Of a stretch of DNA of 11,934 nt, positions 7,721 to 11,934 are shown piece by piece. Numbering within the stretch: position 1 is the stretch's first letter; every line of letters begins with the position of its first letter. The notes under the pieces were generated by a model, which worked only from the letters and a program-made list of their open reading frames with translations, had not been told where the DNA came from and ran no database searches. Source of the stretch: Oopsacas minuta (lineage: Eukaryota; Animalia; Porifera); assembly GCA_024704765.1 (NCBI GenBank), contig JAKMXF010000157.1, forward strand, positions 1 to 11,934. The letters run 5' to 3'. The translations under genes were made by a program, and so were the position numbers.

Positions 7721-8314
7721 CAGGGGCGTACAGAGATTGCAATAAGTGGTAGGGCCAAGGTAGGGCCAGTGGATCGCCTATAGAGCCAACTTTGGAGTTT
7801 CAGAATGAGGTTTTGGGTGAACTGGAGGCAATTTTAAATAGATTTGTAAACAAATATTCAGGTTGAAATTTCTAAAGTGGGGTGGGTGAGGGGTTGTAAT
7901 TGGCAAATACACAGCAAATTGAGCTTTCCAAATGAGTTAATCGTCAGAAAATAGATTTGGGTGCTTCGCAGGCAATTTTGAATGAATTTGTAAACTAAAA
8001 TTAATATACAATTTACCTTAAGTTGGGAATCATACTTTTTATTTTGTAAGAAGCGCTCTATTGGTCATGATTTTAACATTATGTCTTAGGACAAAACTCA
8101 TTTGATTAACGAAAAAAAGTTGAAATATGAAGGTCAGAAGTGTTATATTTCTCAAAGTGGGGTGTTGAGTCTAGTTAATGATTCTCAGACACCCACTTCG
8201 GGAGATTCTTCTAAAGTAGTCTATGACAATATGTAAATATATGCTGGGGTAAAGAGATGCGAAATTGTGGTAGGGCCATGGTCCTACCTGGCCCCCCCCT
8301 TGGGTACGCCTCTG
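7721..8314. mobile_element. hAT-like MITE, 594 bp
   Basis: TIRs CAGGGGCGTAC / CAGAGGCGTAC (10/11). Degenerate 8 bp flanks CTTAATGG / TCTAATAG (5/8). GTGGTAGGGCCA occurs near both ends, with an internal ~30 bp direct repeat (AGGCAATTTT.AAT..ATTTGTAAAC) and a hairpin at 8151-8204. Confidence 0.75.
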
Positions 8315-8472
8315 TCTAATAGAACATTCGTCACTAAATTTATATATATAGTTCGTATGTGTAATCCCTCTTTATTACATAACCTATTAAACATTACATA
8401 GTTTATCAATGCGTATATTTAATTTCTTGGATTTAACTTATATTTTATTGAATCTATATTTTTGTTACCTAG

Positions 8473-8629
8473 ACATTCCACTTTCCTCACTATCCCATTC
8501 TCCTACCACCCGAGGGATTTTTCTCTTCTCATGACCATTCAGAGTCTCCCACATCTACCTGGTACAAAATGGCAAAGCAATTTCCGGAGGATAGGAGATT
8601 GTCTGAGAAACACCATTTTACTCAAATAG
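8473..8629 (+). CDS. boule: boule-like exon (TFHFPHYPILLPPEGFF...EKHHFTQI), 157 nt, phase 0/1
   Basis: Acceptor TTTTTGTTACCTAG|, donor |GTAAGT, 52 open codons in frame with the 5711-5782 exon. Linkage across the 2690 nt intron is inferred. Confidence 0.72.
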
Positions 8630-8678
8630 GTAAGTAAAATGCAAGTTTCTATATTATTAATTGTTAATTTGCAATCAG

Positions 8679-8692
8679 GTTGTACCGTGTAG
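8679..8692 (+). CDS. Candidate terminal coding exon of the boule-like gene ((G)CTV*)
   Basis: Acceptor TTAATTTGCAATCAG| after a 49 nt intron, in-frame stop at 8690-8692, ATTAAA at 8745-8750. Alternatives exist (see findings). Confidence 0.4.
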
Positions 8693-8774
8693 GTTTGGAC
8701 TGGGGTATGAATTTATAATTTATCTAAAGAGAATATTTCGCACCATTAAAGTAAAATCAAAATATTGTTAGATG

Positions 8775-8950
8775 CAGTAGACTCCGCTTAATACCGCCAG
8801 TTAATACCGCCAGTTAATCGGGTCCTTGGTCAGAAACAACCATATAAATTGCGTTAAATTACTCCGGTTAATCGGACCAACACCTTTATTGCCCTTAATC
8901 GGGTCATAATGGCCTGGTCCCGATGTGACCCTATTAAGCGGAGTCTACTG
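8775..8950. mobile_element. Tc1/pogo-like MITE, 176 bp
   Basis: Perfect 19 bp TIR CAGTAGACTCCGCTTAATA (8775-8793 / 8932-8950), flanked by TG and TA. Internal 13 bp tandem duplication TTAATACCGCCAG and three TTAATCGG motifs. Confidence 0.92.
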
Positions 8951-8976
8951 TACTTTGTATCAACGTCTTCACACTC

Positions 8977-9391
8977 GAGAGTTGTCAATCCAATCGAAGT
9001 TTACACAATCGATAATCCTCTCTGGCAATCCAGCCCGTAAATCAACTCGACAATTCAAATTTAGTATCGATTTTCTTCGACTGGTAAAATTATTGTATTC
9101 CCTTTTCGTTACAAACGTAACACTTCGGCCGTAATTAGTTAAAGCAGGTTTGCCAACCCTTTCGAATTGAACTGAAATACAATTCAATCGATTCATATTT
9201 TGGAATCATAATACAAGTATAAATATTGACAACCCATAACCCGATACCGCCTATTCAATCGAAGAATTTAAAATAATCCAATCGAAATCCAGTTCAATAG
9301 AATCTAAGCAATCCAATCGAGAATCCAACCGAAAGAAAATTTAGCAATCGACAATCTAAAACTGTTCGATTGGATTGGATTGGCAACCCTG
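8977..9391. mobile_element. hAT-like MITE(s) rich in CAATC/CAATCGA subterminal repeats
   Basis: Right TIR TTGGCAACCCTG (ends 9391). It pairs 11/12 with CAGGTTTGCCAA at 9145 (AGTTAA near both flanks, one base out of register for an 8 bp TSD), and also resembles GAGAGTTGTCAATCCAATCGAA at 8977. Probably a complete 9145-9391 copy next to an older partial copy. Confidence 0.65.
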
Positions 9392-9414
9392 CAGTTAACT
9401 TCGTATCATGACTA

Positions 9415-9515
9415 CCTGCAGCTCTCACCTTCGCGGTTTCGACTATTCGCGGATAATGTTTTGTCCCTTGTTTTGTTGTTCGCGACTCATCCCCTAGAGT
9501 TATCGCAGTTTTCGT
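9415..9515. mobile_element. Possible Tigger-like MITE fragment
   Basis: TA followed by ...CCTTCGCGGTTTCGACTATTCGCGGA with repeated TTCGCG motifs. No partner end. Confidence 0.35.
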
Positions 9516-9771
9516 TATACACATTAATAGTTTTGATATAAAATTAGACAAATGTATTTGGAGAAGGCACTGGTCTATCAAATTTTCAAGCCGCCATGAG
9601 GCCTTACTCCAGGTCCGTGTATCTGGAAAATCGGATCGTGATCTGACACAAACTCCCATTATTTGAGGCTTAGATAGCTGGGAATCGAAGCTCATGATAC
9701 AATTTCGATTGAGTATGGTGAAAGTTAGGTATCATCAGAGCATTTAGCGGTCCCACCCTGAAAAAGGAAAA

Positions 9772-9930
9772 ATTGGAGCGTGCTCCAATCGCGCTCCTTT
9801 TTCATTCTTTCAGATTTACATTAGACGAGCCTTTGGCTCGTTGCTTCGCGATTAACTCGGCGCATTGCGCCTCGAGGTATTTAACGGACAAACAAATAGA
9901 CAAACAACAATTGAGGTTTAATAATATTGA
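9772..9930 (-). mobile_element. Helitron-like fragment with GC-rich hairpins
   Basis: Minus-strand start A|TCAATATTATTAAACCTCAATTGTTGTTTGTC. ACGGACAAAC...ACAACAATTGAG.TTTAATA is shared with 10208-10240. Three hairpins lie at 9772-9875. Confidence 0.5.
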
Positions 9931-10164
9931 TGTTATTTATAATATTCAGACTCAGTATACTCGATTACCCCAGTATAGTCGTTGAAAGTATGATTCTACC
10001 TCAATTTTGAAATTTGTTTACTTTATATTCATAAAAACAACAATAAATTTACATATGATTAATCCGAAAGTGTGAAATTCGGATTCAGCATATTTGATAT
10101 ATTTTAGTGCAGTTTTATTGAATCTATTTACTTCCTTGATAAACACGATAAATACATAGTTTTG

Positions 10165-10245
10165 CGACAATTTCAAAATTACATACCATAAATCCTTTCC
10201 TTGACAACGGACAAACAGACAACAATTGAGATTTAATATTATAGA
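10165..10245 (-). mobile_element. Helitron-like 5' end
   Basis: Minus strand A|TCTATAATATTAAATCTCAATTGTTGTCTGTTTGTCCG has the A|TC start typical of Helitron 5' ends. Homologous to 4650-4710 and 9884-9925. Confidence 0.6.
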
Positions 10246-10652
10246 TTTGTATAAATAATTAGATTTAATTTAACCATTATACATTCGGGAAATTGCTAAA
10301 TGTGCAAAATCAAGCAATTTCAAGAAATGATTATTTAAATGTGAATTATGAAAAAGTGTCCCAGGATCCACTCTTCTAGTAAGAATACTGAATTTATGCA
10401 GAATAAGTATGAAATTTGTAAATAGTTTGCAATTTCTAGGAGCGGGCTCTAATGTGTATGCTCCTCCAAAATTGAGTGTTGCTCCACCTTCCGCTCCTGA
10501 ATCATAATGGAGAGCTCTCCTTTAATGTTCTGGGTATAATAGAACAAAATACATACCTTGGAGGTTTACGAAACTTATGCTCTTAGAATTTGATAAGCGG
10601 GTAACATAAGCACAGTTGAATCCAGCAACATCTAATGTAGTGGTGTTTTAGA

Positions 10653-11005
10653 CAGGGTTGGAGTTTAACCCGGGTTCAATAGGTTTAGCCCGGCCCAGTG
10701 TGTAAAACCCAGGTTTAATCAAACTATAGAAGTCTATTTCCCCTTTTTTGGAAACTCAATTTTAATTTATTTAATACATATATTTATTTGGAATATATGC
10801 TAAAATTCTTACTAAATAACGTCTGGTTTTAAGTCAATTGAACGATTACAGATCTTTATTTTTGAAGACTTTGAATATTTACTGTGTTTACAATTTAATC
10901 AAATTATAGTCTGGAAATCCTAATTAGAGTCTCAAACACAGTTTAGATAGTTTAACCAACTAAATGGGGTTTAAACCGGGGGATGGGTTAAACCAGCCAA
11001 CCCTG
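10653..11005. mobile_element. hAT MITE, 353 bp, perfect TSD
   Basis: TIR CAGGGTTGG at both ends. Perfect 8 bp TSD GTTTTAGA (10645-10652, 11006-11013). Subterminal GTTTAA(A)CC / AAACCC repeats at both ends. Confidence 0.96.
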
Positions 11006-11332
11006 GTTTTAGAGGGGAGGTCTAAGAAATTGTGTAACTTGATGGGTAGCGCCCCCACTTGGGATTATTGTTTATTAAAGCCTCGCGTTGTGAACTTTCC
11101 TCTATAGAATTTCCCAGAGCATTATTCAGGTATTTTCCACCACTCTCTACCATTTTCCTTCATTCAGTAGATTTTTAGAAATTCCACCATTAGGTAGTTT
11201 AATTTTAAATGAACATTTGGTTAGACGAAATTTCAGGAATTCTCCAATTTCCATCGTTTCCGCTATACAATTAGATCATTTTTTCTTTAGTAGATATCTG
11301 CTTAAATGTATCTACAGTATAATTACATCACG

Positions 11333-11768
11333 ATTAGTCTATATGTTCGGGATTGAACTGGAAGACCCTCAGGACTGATTTTTTGCCATACAGGGGTATT
11401 TTTGGTCTGTCTCGGACAAATTTTGAGTTTGGACGAAAATCACACCTGTGAAGACATCATGACAACATTGACACCCTTTTGGATAATCGAAAATCACATT
11501 ATTAACCACTGCTCAGTCAATATATATTATAGAAGTTTGAAATTTGAATCACAGATACCCCTCAATATTTTAAATGTCCTGACGTCATAATTTTGGCGAA
11601 ATCATGACCTGTGTGGGTCACTAAAACTGTCGCATAGCGACCTAGCAAGAGAAGCGCGCATGTATGTTAGTATTTCGAGGATTGATTGAAGAAACTTTAA
11701 GACCCCAGTTGCTGATTTTGGGATCTAGGGGTATTTGGCCCTGGCTCGGACAATTTTGAGTCTGGGAC
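11333..11768 (+). mobile_element. Head-to-tail tandem of the Helitron-like family: one ~330 bp unit plus the truncated start of a second
   Basis: 11636-11659 matches the family 3' motif at 23/24. TGACGTCATAATTTTGGCGAAA is shared with the minus-strand 4270-4303 region. ~11346-11437 is repeated at ~11675-11768 (TTCG.GGATTGA, AAGACCC, AGGGGTATTT, CTCGGACAA.TTTTGAGT). Confidence 0.65.
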
Positions 11769-11934
11769 CAGGGGCGTAGCCAGCTCCGTAACCTGACCTA
11801 TGCTACGGTTGCGCCGGTTGCTGGTAGGTCACACCCAGTGGCGTCGTGCTCTATGGGCCCGGGGGGGCCAGGGCCCCCCAAATTTCATGAGCCGCCTCCA
11901 GATAGTTTATTTCTCCGAATCGACTAATGCTTTT
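11769..11934. mobile_element. Two stacked hAT-like MITE left ends running off the window
   Basis: CAGGGGCGTAGCCAG at 11769 (same CAGGGGCGTA start as 7721). CAGTGGCGTCGTGC...GGGGGGGCCAGGGCCCCCCAAATTT at 11836. Partner ends are not in the window. Confidence 0.6.

Noticed and set aside
9294-9695. 133 aa minus-strand ORF
   Set aside because: Spans a MITE terminus and CAATC repeats, with no recognisable domain.
10437-10499. Possible 63 bp mini-element with TAGGAGCGG / CCGCTCCTG ends
   Set aside because: Only 8/9 match, no TSD and no second copy in the window.

Overview
AT-rich eukaryotic (animal-like, species not determinable) genomic DNA. The main feature is a spliced + strand host gene that the ORF track misses. 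Six GT-AG-bounded exons (5041-5097, 5285-5312, 5375-5454, 5523-5585, 5711-5782, 8473-8629) join in one open frame (457 nt). The first encodes KTIYYKEKKLNIGPAIRKQ, the diagnostic end of the Boule/DAZ-family RRM, followed by a Ser/Pro/His/Tyr-rich tail. The rest of the RRM is not in the window, so 1-5040 is probably one large intron. By my hand annotation roughly two thirds of the window is DNA-transposon debris: a frameshifted MULE transposase (minus strand), an internally deleted P-element with both terminal repeats (minus strand), several hAT-like and Tc1/pogo-like MITEs (some with intact TIRs and target-site duplications), a ~430 bp foldback, and several Helitron-like pieces in inverted and tandem arrangement. 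I see no prokaryotic genes, CRISPR array, rRNA or tRNA, and no support for a wholly new system. The best leads are the hidden boule-like germline gene and the structure of the elements in its introns. All alignments were made by eye, and comparisons to known proteins are from memory.
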